A program made the translations under genes and the position numbers. Shown here one piece after another: positions 1-13,132 of a stretch of DNA of 64,000 nt (its first letter is position 1; every line of letters starts with the position of its first letter). The notes under the pieces were generated by a model, which saw only the letters and a list, made by a program, of their open reading frames with translations, made no database searches and had not been told where the DNA came from. Source of the DNA: Malacoraja senta (Eukaryota); assembly GCA_038087875.1 (NCBI GenBank), contig CM075989.1, positions 496,001 through 560,000 on the forward strand. The letters run 5' to 3'.

Positions 1-57
1 GCACAGGCGCACTGGCGGGGTTTTTCACGTAGTCACTCACGTGACTCCGAAGTAAAA
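1..57 (-). mobile_element. 5' terminus of a DIRS element whose body lies left of the window
   Basis: GGCGCACTGGCGGGGTT.TTCACGTAGTCACTCACGTGACTCCGAAGTAAAAT is nearly identical to the DIRS end at ~9794-9846. Confidence 0.85.
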
Positions 58-1785
58 TAGAACAAAATGCATGTCCTAGTATTGCCCTGGCTGGGCTCCT
101 ATTTCTAACTCAAGTGAATTGGAAGAAATTAAAAGTAGATAACGATTGGATTAAATTCACGATGAAAACGTGGTTAGCTATCAGAAAACAATTAAATCTT
201 TTTAATTCGATATCTAGAGCAATGAAGATAGCTGCTAGTCCCAATTTTATACCCAGCAAAATTGATAAGGGATTTAGAAATTGGGCAGATAATGGGCTTA
301 TTACTGTGAACCAGCTTTTTTATGGGAGAGTCTTGAAATCTTATGAGCACTTGCAGAATGAATTTGGACTGTCAGCGTCGGATTTCTTTAGGTTCCTCCA
401 AATACGGCACTACTTACAGACACATGGAGATTAGGAGCAGATATGTAGACTACCTTCAAATTTGGAAAATACTTTCTTGATGACTATAGAGGGAGTGTTA
501 CAAAATAATTTGATATCCCATTTATATCAAGGACTTCAAGACTATACAAAAGGAAATACTATAGGAACAAAACAGAAATGGGAATTGGAAATGAATATTA
601 TTATTACAGATGAAATATGGGAAAGGACATGTCTCTTGGGCCATAAGCTGACAAGCAGCCCCTCTTGGAGGGAGTTTGATTGGAAAATTAAAACAAGAGT
701 ATTTAGGACCCCTCTAGTGCTGGCAAGATACAGCAACACCACATTTTTTGGGATTGTCCCAAATTGTACCAATACTGGAGAGACATCCAGGTAGAGATTA
801 AATTAATTCTGGGAGTGGATCTACCTTTGGAACCGGCTTGTTTCATATTAGGAGACACTCCAGCAGTGACAGATAATCAAAATCAGAAATATTTGCTTGG
901 GGTGATGCTGTTGATTGCTAAAAAGATGATAACAGTGCTATGGAGAAAGGAAATGCCACCAAATGTTCAACAATGGAGGGAAAGATTGAAAAATGTATAC
1001 TTATTTTATTTTATTTTATTTATTTATTTATTCCGAACAAGTAAAGACATTAAAGACATTAATATTAACAAAATCGAAATTATCAAACAATTGGACATTA
1101 CAATCAATATTTACAAAGCAATGAGAAGAACAAAATCAAAGTTCCAATGTCCAACTCTGTGTCTGTACAAGCTCGAAAAGGAGTGAGAAGAAGAATAACT
1201 TATTAAATCTCACCCCTTTTCCCCAACACTTCTATCATATTTAAAAATCAATTCATTACTAATAATAATACTACCCTAGGCAATTTCCCATAATACCCAC
1301 AGACATATATATACATACAACTATTATGTACATACAATCTTCATATCTGAAGTACCCAAACATAAGTAAACAATAGTAAACAAGATAAACATCAACAATA
1401 GTAAACAAGATAAACATCTTCTTCTTCTTCTTTATTTTATTTTATTTTATTTTATTTTATTTTTATTTTATTTATTTATTTATTTTATTTATTTTACTTG
1501 ATGGAAAGTATAACTGCTAAACCCCAGTTGAGGACTGATGCCTTTAATATTATATGGAAACCGGTACTATTACAAATGCCAAGATTGATTAATGGATGAG
1601 CTCGCTCTGGTGCCTGTGAATAAGATGCTTCTATGATAGAATGGTAAGAGGATCTGATGCGATGCTAATAGAGGTTAGGTGATTTGTATTTTGTCATTTT
1701 GCGATTGTCTTTTGTGTGTCTCTTTGTTTTGTCTGTATGTGTATTTTGTTGTGTCAATAAATGTTGAGTTAAAAAAAACAAAAAA
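58..1785 (+). mobile_element. L1/Tx1-like LINE, degenerate 3' part of ORF2 plus 3' UTR and poly(A)
   Basis: ORF2 C-terminal motifs (FFRFLQIRHY, KQKWELEM, HIFWDCP-like, AKKMITVLW); AATAAA at ~1757 and A-tail at 1771-1785; interrupted at ~991-1495. Confidence 0.8.
991..1495 (-). repeat. Antisense retroposon 3' tail with (TTTTA)n tracts, inserted in L1 ORF2
   Basis: L1 reading LKNVY|LMESITAK is split by this block, which is bounded by TTTTA microsatellites; family not identified. Confidence 0.5.
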
Positions 1786-2474
1786 CACAATCGATTTGGC
1801 CAGAATACGAGATGTAAGACCAAAAGGGGATGCATTTTTAGATCTTTTCTCTGAATTATATATGGACCAATCAGGTGACTTAAATTACAGAAATTTAGTA
1901 AATTCCCCACAATATTGTGCCATCTGATTGGATTGCCTTCCCACCAACGTAGCAGAAGCCATTAAGATTAATAACATGGACTGGACAGAATATAGTGCCA
2001 GCTGGGGCTGTAAGATATCATTGGAGGGACATAAAGAAGCAGGATAGCCCGCCTGCAGTAAAACAAAAAACAAAATATGTGATCAGAAAAGAAGTACCAA
2101 AATTCGACCCTGAACCATGGATCCCCAGAGTACCAGCAAACTATGGACTGGGAGAAATTAGTGTCCCGGAATATCCATATTCATATTATAGAGAAGCATC
2201 TGCCTTGGAGTCAGTCCTCCAAAGATCGGGGTCGAGGTCATACCAGCCATCAGGAATGGGCCAGTGTTATAGTTGCGGAGAGGTAGATCACTGGAGTAGG
2301 GGGTGCCCAAATAAAGAAAGGAACGAAAGAGGGGGTCACAGAAGAAATTTCCAAGATCAAAGAGAATGGAGGGATCATCGGGATCCTAGAGAGCACAGAG
2401 GGAACTGGCAGGAAAATCAAGAATCAAGGGGACAAATCCCCTTTTCCCAGAATAATCCATTCACATGCTTATGA
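1786..2474 (+). pseudogene. gag: Endogenous retrovirus gag, C-terminal part (capsid end and nucleocapsid)
   Basis: Single CCHC knuckle CYSCGEVDHWSRGC followed in frame by a retroviral protease; stop and frameshift upstream. Confidence 0.8.
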
Positions 2475-2725
2475 TTAGCAAACTTGGTAGTGACTGGATG
2501 GAAGTCTGATGAGGAACCTATGTTGTCTCTACAGGTTGAAGGTAAAATCTACACCTTCCTAGTAGACACAGGCGCATCCATGTCATCTCTTCAATCAATT
2601 TATAATTTACCAGAATCAAAAGAAGTTCAGAACCTGTCTGGGTTTCAAGGACAGGTTTTCCAGTATCCCATCTCTGAGCCAGTCAAAGTAGTATATGTAG
2701 GAAAGGCAATCAAACATAAATTTGT

Positions 2726-3877
2726 ACATGTATGAAATGGGAGATTTATTATCGTTTCAACAATTACAATTAAAATTTAAACTGAAAAACACTCATTATT
2801 TTAAATATTTTCAGATTTGTAATTTTTTGAAGACATACATACAGGGATATCAAAAAATAACTCCTGATTTACTAGAAGAAGTAATGAATATAAAAGCTGA
2901 TACACAAAAATTAATATCATATTTATATAATAGTATCTTAAATATAGATTTACCTGTGACCGAGGTAATTAGAGAAGAATGGGAACGGGAATTATTGATA
3001 CAAATTACGAAGGCTACATGGGAAAAGTATTTGACATACATTCACAAGTGTTCGATTAACGCAAGACATAATCTAATCCAATTTAAAATTTTACATAGAT
3101 TATATTACTCAAAAACAAGATTAAATAAATTTTATCCAAATATATCGCCCATTTGCGATAAATGTTTAACCCAAGACGCAACTATAACACACTCTTTTGT
3201 TTCTTGTATAAAACTTCATGGATTTTGGAGTGATATTTTCGAAATATTTACAAAATTATTTAAGACAAAAATGGACCCCAATAACAAATTGATTATATTT
3301 GGGGTAATGGAAGACGGGAACAAATTGAGCTCATCTCAAAAGTCCATTTTTAATTATGGTTTAATAATAGCAAAAAAATTAATATTGAAATTTTGGAAAA
3401 ATACACCAATACCAACGCTCAAAATGTGGATTGCAAGTATGTTGGATACCGCACATCTTGAGGAAATGCGATTCCTCCTAATAAATTTGACCAATTCATA
3501 ACGAGTTGGTCTCTATTTGTCGTCTTTTTGGAAACATATGGTGCAACACAGGTGTAAAAGCTAATCCGTGACTGGGTGAGGGATGGTCAAGTTATAAATG
3601 ATCTCCTTACTTCTATTTTCTTTTCTTCTCTTTTCTTCTTTTACTCTCTTTCTTCTATTTTCTATGTCTTAAGTTTCATTTTTCACTCTCTATTTTTCTT
3701 TTTCACACACCATATATCTCACATTTTTCTATTTTTCATTATCTAACTTTTTTCTTTTTGTTCTTTACTACAAAAATTTAAAAAATAAGAAGCTGTACAT
3801 AAAAGGTATTATGAAAATATGTATACAATTGTACTTACTTCTAAGAAAATTAAAATATTAAAAAAAAAAAAAAAAAC
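2726..3877 (+). mobile_element. 5'-truncated L1/Tx1-like LINE with poly(A) and a 13-bp TSD
   Basis: ORF 2722-3501 has QFKILHRLYY and the CDKC...HSFVSC zinc motif; poly(A) 3860-3876; AACATAAATTTGT at 2713-2725 and 3878-3890. Confidence 0.92.
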
Positions 3878-4280
3878 AACATAAATTTGTGATAACCACC
3901 GGATTAGATTGCAACCTGATGGCGAGAGTGGAAGGAAAAGAGGGAACTGCTGAATATGCTAAAATAGCAGCACAGTTATGGAAAAGAAGTGACAAAGTTG
4001 CTCCACACATCACCCGAAAGGTGAATTTCCTGGATAGAGCTGAAGACTTAGGAACGATGGTAAGAAAGACAATGACCTGAATAATTGCAGACCTTGGCAG
4101 ACCTGAATAATTATCAAAAGCAGAATTTGTCCAATTAAAATGTTGTTGAATTTTACCAGGCCCCAAGGAAAGTTGTTACCCACTTACGTCACCATCTGGG
4201 AAGTGAGGTATACGAGGATGTGGACTGTCAAGTGTGGGAGGAGGGCACAGCTCAGGTAGGATGCGTGAACATCAATCCCA

Positions 4281-5028
4281 TCGGGTTTTTTTAACTGGGT
4301 ATGTGTGGGGGGTGGGTGGGGAAACTTTTAAAATCTTTTCCCTGTATGGAGGACCCGACCTTTCTCTGTCGGGTCTCAGTTGTCGTTGGGGCCTAGCACC
4401 GTGGAGAGGCCTCCAACCGGAACGACCTGGGGGCTCCAGTCGCGGAGCCTGCGGACTACTCACCATCGTGGAGCTGGCCGAGTTCGGAACGGGAGGAGCT
4501 GTGGTGGCGCGCGGCTGCGACCCGACCCCGGAGATTCGGAGGCTCCAGCCGCCGGCCCGGTGGACGGTGACATCGGGAGCCCGCGGGTCCCTGGTGGGAG
4601 ACCGCTTTTCGGGGCTTCCGCAACGGCAACTATTCCCGCCCGAGTTGCGGGGTTGAAGATGACCTGGAGCGGGGTCTTACATCGCCCGGAGCGGCTTTAA
4701 TGGCCGCGGGACTTGCTAGCGCTACCGGGGGCTCCAACATCAAGACACGGAGCGTGGCCTTGCATCGCCCGGCGCTGCCCGAATGGCCGCGGGACTTACT
4801 TACCATTGCCCGCTGGGGGCTTTGACTTTGACATCGGGAGGAGAATGGGGAGTGCAGGGGAGAGACAAGACTTTGCCTTCCATCACAGTGAGGAGGAGAT
4901 TCACTGTGATGGATGTTTGTGTAAATTGTGTTGTGTCTTGGTTCTTTTCTTGTTGTATGACTGCAGAAACCAAATTTCGTTTGAACTTCATTTGAGGTCC
5001 AAATGATAATAAACGGTATTGTATTGTA
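4281..5028 (+). mobile_element. Unclassified GC-rich non-coding retroposon with 3' hairpin and AATAAA-(GTATT)n tail
   Basis: Splits the ERV RT frame; 13-bp stem at 4879-4913; related sequences at 50578-50748 (-) and 59630-60095 (+). Confidence 0.6.
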
Positions 5029-5437
5029 GCTCTCCAGAAAGGGGTTACACTTCCTTCAATCCAACAATATTCATTGAAACTACAGGCCATCAGCAGCATT
5101 GTCAAATTAATTTGTGGTTTCCTAGATCAAGGAATATTGATAAAGTGCCAATCCATCTGTAACACCCCTATTCTTGCCGTTCCAAAACCGGGAAAGGAGG
5201 GCCAAAATAGTAAGATTAAATGAGAACTTACCTAAGTTTGAAGTTTGATCTTTATTTTATGAGGAGTTACGTAGGTGATTACGTGAAGAACCCCGCCAGT
5301 GCGCCTGCGCGTCAATCTTCAAAGCAGCGGTGTGAAATCACAAAAAACAACAACCGAAGTAATATAGTCTCATAATAAAACGAGTAATACAAGAACTTCC
5401 ATCTGACCTTTATGATAGAGGGTAGGGTCGTGGTGGG

Positions 5438-5551
5438 CACGTAATCACCTACGTAACTCCTCATAAAATAAAGATCAAACTTCAAACTTAGGTAAGTTCT
5501 CGTTTAATCTTACTATTTTACTTCGGAGTCACGTGAGTGACTACGTGAAGA
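5438..5551. repeat. Internal complementary region (ICR) of DIRS A
   Basis: 5438-5519 is the reverse complement of 5204-5285; ~5516-5551 is the reverse complement of ~9811-9846. Confidence 0.92.
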
Positions 5552-5719
5552 TTTTAAAGCTTTGTGATTTCATGCCGTGGATCAATCCCGGCTTCTCACT
5601 GCATAGATTGACTCGGAACGAGAATAATCAATCATGCATTCATAATAACATTTGTACCACAAATGCAGTAATTCATTTCAATAATGAAATGAATCAGATC
5701 CCCTTTAAACCAGAGGAAT

Positions 5720-6682
5720 TTACACAGAACTTAAAATAGTTTCTGCAAACAACCCCGCATTAACAATAGGCCGATGGTAAAAATGTTGAAACATCAACTC
5801 ATTGGACCACCCGGCGGCTGTGAGGATATGGTCGACGGGGCCGTCTTTTGCCCTGGCCGCCGACGTTTCTGCTGCCCTAGTCGAGTGAAACGTAAAAACA
5901 TAAGTGTTAATACCAGCAGCTGTTAAGACTTCTTTTATCCATCTGGAAATAGTCTGTATTGAAACTCTCTTGTGTGGTTTCTTGTGTGTGATCAACAACC
6001 CAGTTTCCGTATTCTCAAATTCTTTGTGACCTCAATGTATTGTAATAAATATGTCTTAATACAGAGACATGGATCATTTGGATATACTGCTAGCATAATT
6101 TTAAATCCTGTCACACCTGGCCTAATTTACTTTAGTAGGTCATAGATATAGAATGTAACCTTGTCTTCAGTTACTTCCCTACTGTCTTTTTGTAATTTTC
6201 CAAGTGTTTGCACTCGTTGTGCTGTCACTCATGCCATAAGCATGAATACTTTCATACTGAGCTTGACCAAAGGTAAAGACACACTTGATGACCATTCACG
6301 AAGTAGTTTCAGTACCACACTTACATCCCAGATTGTCACGTACCTAGGTTTCGGTGGTTTGGAATTAAAGATTCCTTTCATTAGTCTGGAAACAATTGGG
6401 TGTGACCCAATTGAGTTTCTTTCTGAATCCAGAACCAAATATGAGGACAATGCACTTCTGGCTGAATTAATTGCACTACAACTCAGACCTTCATCATAAT
6501 AAAGTTTTGACAGAAATTCTAAAATTTGAAATATCTACAGTACTTTATTGCACATTCTTTTGTACACAGAACTCTTCCCATTTCTTAATATAAGAAAGGT
6601 ACTATTTTTGAGAGCTCTTCCTCCCGGCTGCCGTAAGCATGTCCACAGTATGCTCAGACAGTCCTCGTCCCAGAAAAGGCAT
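5720..6682 (-). pseudogene. DIRS A tyrosine recombinase, frameshifted
   Basis: HPIVSRLMKGIFN, QTISRWIK, HSTRAAETSAA, TAAGWS, FQHFY. Confidence 0.88.
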
Positions 6683-6684
6683 TC

Positions 6685-8499
6685 TTAAAACCTGCAAATC
6701 AACAAATCCAAACGATCATATAATGGATGTTGTTCCCCTGTACAGGGTGCAACAATAAATTACTCTTTTTTGGGACTTTCATCAACATTTGTGTTGTTAA
6801 TTCTAATATCAACGGATACCATGGCTGTGTAGGCCAATCTGGTACTACCAATACCCTTGAAGCAGCATCTTGCCTGATTTTAAGCAAACATTGGCTTATG
6901 AGGCAGAAAGGTGGAAATATATATGAATACATACCACCCCAATGTAGCGAGAAAGCATCAATCGCCACTGCTCCTGGATTTGGTTTCCATGAGACATATC
7001 TCGATAGGTGATGATTCAAGTCGATGCCGGTCATTCCAAATCTGATTACTATATCATTGAATACCTCTTGATTCAACATCCATTCTTTATTATCATGGAA
7101 CTTTTCGTGACCTGGTGTCTGCTATCGTGTTCATTCTACCTGGTAGATAGATAGCTGAAATCCAAATGTTCTTTTCAATACACCAAAACCAAAGTTGATT
7201 TAACCATTTTGTCACATGACACTGACTTAATTCCACCCATATCATTAATATAGGCAACCACTGTTGTGTTTATTAATTTGAACTTGAACCTTCCTTTTAG
7301 TTGTGTTAGAACCATAAGCTTGGAGTCCATAGAAACCTCCTAAAAGCTCCAAATAGGTAATTCCCCATGTCTGCAGTAACACTAACTTTTCCTGATTCCA
7401 TCTGCCTCCGCAGCTCCATGTTAAGTCAGTTGCACACCATCCTAATGCACTGGCATCAGTTTGTAATATCATGGAATGTTGTTCAATCAGCACTTTGCCT
7501 GAACTGCTTGAGACATGTAGAATCCACCACTGCGGCTTAGAAACAGCATTTGTTGTTACTTGCATGGTTCTATCAAAATGACCAGCATTTACTCTCAGTG
7601 CCTGTTCTTTGATTCTCTGCAGCTGTTGATAATGTAATGGTCCATACTGGACTGCTCGGAATCTACTAATTTTCCCAGTACCCGAGCCACCTGTCTGATT
7701 AGAGGTTTTTGCTCGTTTAACAGATTACTGCAATCTTTAATCAACTCCACCCTTTTTTCACTGGGCAAAGTAATTTGCATTTGGGCTAAATCAATTGTGA
7801 ACCCCAAATAATCAATCGAGGTACATGTTTTTAACCTTGATTTCTTTGGATGAATTTAGAAACCTCCAAACTTTCAAAAGTTTGATTTTATTACTGCAAC
7901 CGATGCTTCTGTTGACTGTTTTGTCCTTCCTATAATCAGAACATCATCCAGGTATGCCATTAGTACATGCTCCTGGCTCTCAGCAACCCCAGAATTGATT
8001 TTAACAATTTTATGAATATTCTGGGGGGGAACGTTAACCCATTAGGCAGAGCTTTGAACTGCCCTAATTGGTTCATCCATGTAAATTTAAGATACTTCAT
8101 ATCTTGCAAGTGAACAGACACTGAACAAAAGGATTCAGACTTGTCAAGTCTATAATAATCCTACATCCTCCATCCTTTTTTGATCGAGGGAATATATTTG
8201 ACCCAAATTGGTGAATTTGGTAGACTGATTCTTCAATAACACCTTTTATATATAGGGTTTTGAAGCGTAACTTGAACCATTATCGCAAAGTGGAGGGTTC
8301 TGCTAGGAACATGCTGGACAGGCAAATCATAATTTGGATTGAATTCAATTCGAAATCCTTGTATATTATTCAGAATTACCACATCTGAAGTAAACTTCTT
8401 CCAATGTTTATAGAAGAGACGTAATCTGCCTCCAACTTTAGGACTTAATCCAGTTAATATGTTCCCCTGAGAACCAGGTCCACCTACCTCTTGAGTCAT
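6685..8499 (-). pseudogene. DIRS A RT-RNaseH-methyltransferase-like ORF, disrupted
   Basis: VGGRLRLFYKHW, MAYLDD at ~7945-7960, TDASALGW, YLELLG, PPFCLI, VPDWPTQPWY. Confidence 0.88.
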
Positions 8500-9846
8500 T
8501 TAAGTATTCTGAGATCCCTGGATTCTCACAGAAGCACCACCACTGGTCCTTACTCCCGCTGCAGGCTGCCAGCTACGTCCCTGCGTTGATGAGCGACTTG
8601 GTCCTGGTCTAGGATCCGTATGACGTCTGAAAGGATACTTCCTCTTTACAGACTTTGCAACCATTGATGTTTTTATCAATCCTGTTTTCGCTTCATCTTC
8701 CAACTCTTTAATACGTCTCCCGAGATCCTCTCCAAAGAGTAAGTTGGGTAATTGTATATTACTTGGTTTGCAGAGTGCTGCGAATTTCGGATTCATAGTA
8801 GGCCGTATAGCACTTTCCTCAGATAATTGATCTCGAAGTGGGTGCTGCATAGCAACCCCAGTGCTTCCTGATGCAACTTCGTCATCTCTTGGCTGTTACC
8901 TGCTATTGTGGTAAAAGCAGTTATTCCAGAACCCAGCAGCTTTAATATTCTCTGCAACTGATTCCAGATAATTTGGTTCACTGCTGCTGCTTTCAGCAAC
9001 CCACAGTTACTTGGGGTCTCCTGCTTTCTTGCAGTCTCATTCATCTCCTGCTGTTCCAGCTGATGGTAAACCAAGTAATTTATTAAGGAGGCCAGTTCTT
9101 CTCCTAATGGCTCTCCTGACCCTGACGGGGCAGCGAATCCTACTGCCAGGGGTGGAACATCTGGCAGCTGCCGTTCATCGCCTTGTACAGCCTCACCGTT
9201 AGAGTCGGGTCTGAAATCTCATGACCCGTAGCACGCTCCTCATTCCTGAGGGTGCATTCCATCAGCCCTGAGCCAGGTGCTGTTAAGCTGCTTCCTGCAG
9301 CTTGGATTACAGTAGACTCCTTCCTGAGTGAACTTTGCTCCAACAGCCTATGGAAAAGGCTTTCTATTTGGGCAATACGCTCGAAAGCAGTATCTAACCC
9401 TGGAGCTACTTCCATTGCCTGGGACTCCCTCCGTGGGCCGTCGGGATTTAAACTTTGTCTTTTGCCCGACAGGCGCTGACTGTGTTTTCACCAGCCCCAG
9501 GTCCACAGTCGCTATGCTCACCGCTGGCGACTGTACCGGGGTTTAGAGGCGGTTGGTCTCTAACCGCAGACTCCCGACTTTCCCGACTTCTGTCGGCTGT
9601 GTCGCTCGCCTCTTCCCCCTGTCCGTTTTTTCCATGGCGTCCGTGGAAAAAATCCCCATAGACCCACAGTAAACGGACCTGGAAAACATGAAAAAAGTTT
9701 CTACTTACCTTGTAGTTGAAAAACTACAAACCACTGTAGGAGCTCTGCTCCTCACGTCCGTTTGCGTCAAGGCGTCTGATGTAATGACGCGCCGGCGCAC
9801 TGGCGGGGTTCTTCACGTAGTCACTCACGTGACTCCGAAGTAAAAT

Positions 9847-10557
9847 GGTCTTGTTCTTTTATTGGCATGGTTTCACTTTTATTCCAATTAATTCTGTATC
9901 CAGAAAAAGAACCAAATTATTCTATAATGTTTATAACATTTGGAATACTAACTTGGGGGTTAGCAATGTATAGAAGTACATCATCTGCATATAACAAAAT
10001 TTTATTGGAGGTATATTTGGTATTATATTCATAAATGCCTGAATGGGACCTGATATTCTCGGCAAAAGGTTCTATGGCCAAAGCAAATAACATCGGGGAG
10101 AGAGCACATCCTTGTCTGTTGCCCCTAGACAAGTAAAATTTAGGTGAAAGCATTTGATTTGTCAATATTCTAGCTGTCAGATTAGTGTATGAAAGCTTCA
10201 CCCATAAAGTAAGGTTTTCTCCCAATTGGAATTTTTCCAACACTGTAAAAAGATAAGACCATTCCACTTGGTCGAAAGCCTTTTCTGCATCCAGTGAAAT
10301 AATTGTTAGATCTTCGTTTGGCATTCTCTGCGAATATATTATGTTAACCAAACGTCTCAAATTATAAAACGAGTGTCGTTTAGGTATAAACCCAGTTTGA
10401 TCTGGATGTATTAATTTACCGATAACTAGGCTTAATCTATGCGCCAAAGTCTTAGCTAGTATCTTCTGATCCGTATTTAAAAGGGCTATTGCCCTAGAGG
10501 ACCCAGGCTCCTCGAGATTTTTTTTATCTTTTTTGGGAATTAATATAATAGTTGATT
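9847..10557 (-). mobile_element. L1/Tx1 ORF2 RT fragment
   Basis: IHPDQTGFIP, SLDAEKAFDQVEW, RQGCALSP, LYADDVLL. Confidence 0.9.
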
Positions 10558-12793
10558 CATAGAAATAGAAAACATAGAAAATAGGTGCAGGAGGAGGCCA
10601 TTCGGCCCTTTGAGCCAGCACCGCCATTCATTGTGATAATGGCTGATCGTCCCCTATCAATAACCCGTGCCTGCCTTCTCCCCATATCCCTTGACTTCAC
10701 TAGCCCCTAGAGCTCTATCTAACTCTCTCTTAAATCCATCCAGTGATTTGGCCTCCACTGCCCTCTGTGGCAGGGAATTCCATAAATTCACAACTCTCTG
10801 GGTGAAAACAAAATTCGCACCTCAGTCTTAAATGCCCTTCCCTTTATTCTAAATCTGTGGCCCCTGGTTCTGGACTCGCCCAACATTGGGAACATTTTTC
10901 CTGCATCTAGCTTGTCCAGTCCTTTTATAATATATGTTTCTATAAGATGCCCCCTCATCCTTCTAAACACCAGTGAATACAAGCCTACTCTTTTCAATCT
11001 TTCCTCATATGACAGTCTCGCCATCTCAGGGATCAATCTCATGAACCTATGCTGCACTGCCTCAATCACAAGGATGTCCTTCCTCAAATTAGGAGACCAA
11101 AACTGTACACAATACTCCAGATGTGGTCTCACCAGAGCCCTATACAACTGCAGAAGAATCTCTTTACTCCTATACTAAAATCCTCTTGTTATGAAGGCCA
11201 ACATTCCATTAGCTTTCTTCACTGCCTGCTGTACCTGCACGCCAACTTTCAGTGACCAGTGTACAAGGACACCCAGGTCTCGCTGTACCTCCCCCTTACC
11301 TAACCTAACCCCATTGAGATAATAATCTGCCCCCTTCTTTTTGCCACCAAAGTGGATAACCTCACATTTATCTATATTATACTGCATCTGCCATGCATCT
11401 GCCCACTCACTCAACCTGTCCAGGTCACCCTGCAACCTCCTACCATCCTCTTCACAGTTCACACTGCCACCCAGCTTTGTGTCATCCGCAAACTTGCTAG
11501 TGTTGCTCCTAATTCCCTCTTCCAAATCATTAATATATATGGTAAACAGTTGCGACCCCAACACTGAGCCTTGCGGCACTCCACTCGCCACTGCCTGCCA
11601 TTCTGAAAAGGACCCGTCCACTCCTACTCTTTGCTTCCGGTCTGCCAACCAATTTTCTATCCATGTCAACACCCTACCCCCAATACCATGTGCTCTAATT
11701 TTAGTCACCAATCTCCCGTGCGGGACCTTATCAAAGGCTTTCTGAAAGTCTAGATACACTACATCCACTGGCACCCCTTCATCCATTTTACTTGTCACAT
11801 CCTCAAATAATTCCAGAAGATTAGTCAAGCATGATTTCTCTTTCATAAATCCATGTTGACTTGGACTAATCATTTTACTGCTATCCAAATGCCCCATTAT
11901 TATCTCTTTAATAATTGACACCAGCATCTTTCCCACCACCAAAATCAGGTTAACTGGTCTGTAATTCCCCGTTTTCTCTGTCGCTCCTTTCTTGAAAAGT
12001 GGGATAACATTAGCTATCCCCCAATCTACAGGAACTGATCCTGAATCTATTGAACATTGGAAAATGATCACCAATGCGTCCACTATTTCTCGAGCCACCT
12101 CCCTGAGGACCCTGGGATGCAGACCATCAGGCCCAGGGGATTTATCATCCTTCAGTCCCATTAGCCTACCCAATACTATTTCTCGCCTAATGAAAATTTA
12201 TTTCATTTCCTCTACCCCCTTAGATCCTCTGTCCTCCAGTACATCTGGGAGATTGTTTGTATCTTCCTTAGTGAAGACAGATCCGAAGTACCTATTCAAC
12301 TCTTCTGCCATTTCCTTGCAGCCTATAATAATTTCACCCGTGTCTGCCTTCAAGGGACCCACATTTGACTTTACAACTCTTTTTCCCTTAACATATCTAA
12401 TGAAGCTTTTACTTCCTTCTTTATATTCCTGGCCAGCTTCCCCTAGTACTTCATCTTTTCAGCCCGTATTGCCCGTTTTTTTTCCTTCTGTTCTATGAAA
12501 GTTTCCCAATCCTCTGGCTTCCAGCTACTCTTTGCTGTGTATACATCTTTTCTTTTAGTTTTATTCTACCCCTAACTACTCTTGTCAGCCACGGTTGCCT
12601 CCTACTCCCCTTAGAATCTTTCTTCCTTTTTGGAATGAAATGATCCTGCGTCTCCCGGATTATGCCCAGAAATTCCTGCCATTGCTGTTCCACCGTCATT
12701 CCTGCTCGGATCCCTTTCCAGTCTACTTTAGCCAGCTCCCCTCTCATGCCTTCATAGCCCCTTTGTGCAACTGCATCACTGACACTTCCGATT
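10558..12793 (-). mobile_element. CR1 LINE, subfamily A, 5'-truncated
   Basis: KSPGPDGLHPRVL, YLDFQKAFDKVPH, GVPQGSVLG, KFADDTKL; 3' tail GGCCGAATGGCCTCCTCCTGCACC-(TCTATGTT)n. Confidence 0.93.
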
Positions 12794-13132
12794 CAGCGAG
12801 AGTTAATGGTAATGTTTGTTCTTTAAATGCTTGAATATAAAAGGGTTGTAAGCATGGCGAGACTAAATCATTAAATTTTTCATTAAATTTGTTATTAAGC
12901 CTGTCCGGGCCAGGAGACAATTTTCACTTTTCAATGATTTAATAGTCTCCACAATGTCATTTGTGGTTATCTCTGTGCCTAATCCACCCAGTTCCCCCTC
13001 ATTAAGAGATGGCACATTGCAATTCCCAAGAAAGCTTTTCATCTTTGTAGAATTGACTGTTAAGATTTATTTAAGAGAGCAAGTTAATGAAACTGTGAAC
13101 AACGTCACTAATAACCATCTCTTTGGCCTCAG

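Larger units (their letters stand above)
2475..5203 (+). pseudogene. pol: Endogenous retrovirus protease and RT N-terminus (class I-like), split by two insertions and cut by a DIRS
   Basis: FLVDTGAS active site; HKFV|ITTGLDCNLMAR rejoins across the L1 insertion; at ~5030-5203 LPSIQQYSLK...DQGILIKCQSICNTPILAVPKPGK matches a retroviral RT start. Confidence 0.8.
5204..9846 (-). mobile_element. DIRS-type retrotransposon A, decayed
   Basis: Inverted termini, ICR at 5438-5551, and remnants of gag (~8500-9640), RT/RNaseH (LQTDASALGW), MT-like domain (AIDAF...IFPPF) and YR (FHSTRAA...AAGWS...FQHFY). Confidence 0.93.

Noticed and set aside
9917..10627. 236-aa ORF as a single gene
   Set aside because: Chance fusion of a CR1 3' tail to an L1 RT fragment.
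11341..12498. Recurrent antisense ORFs over CR1 (MPPKWITSHL..., MKSGITLAIL...)
   Set aside because: Shadow frames of ORF2 that recur only because the repeat recurs.
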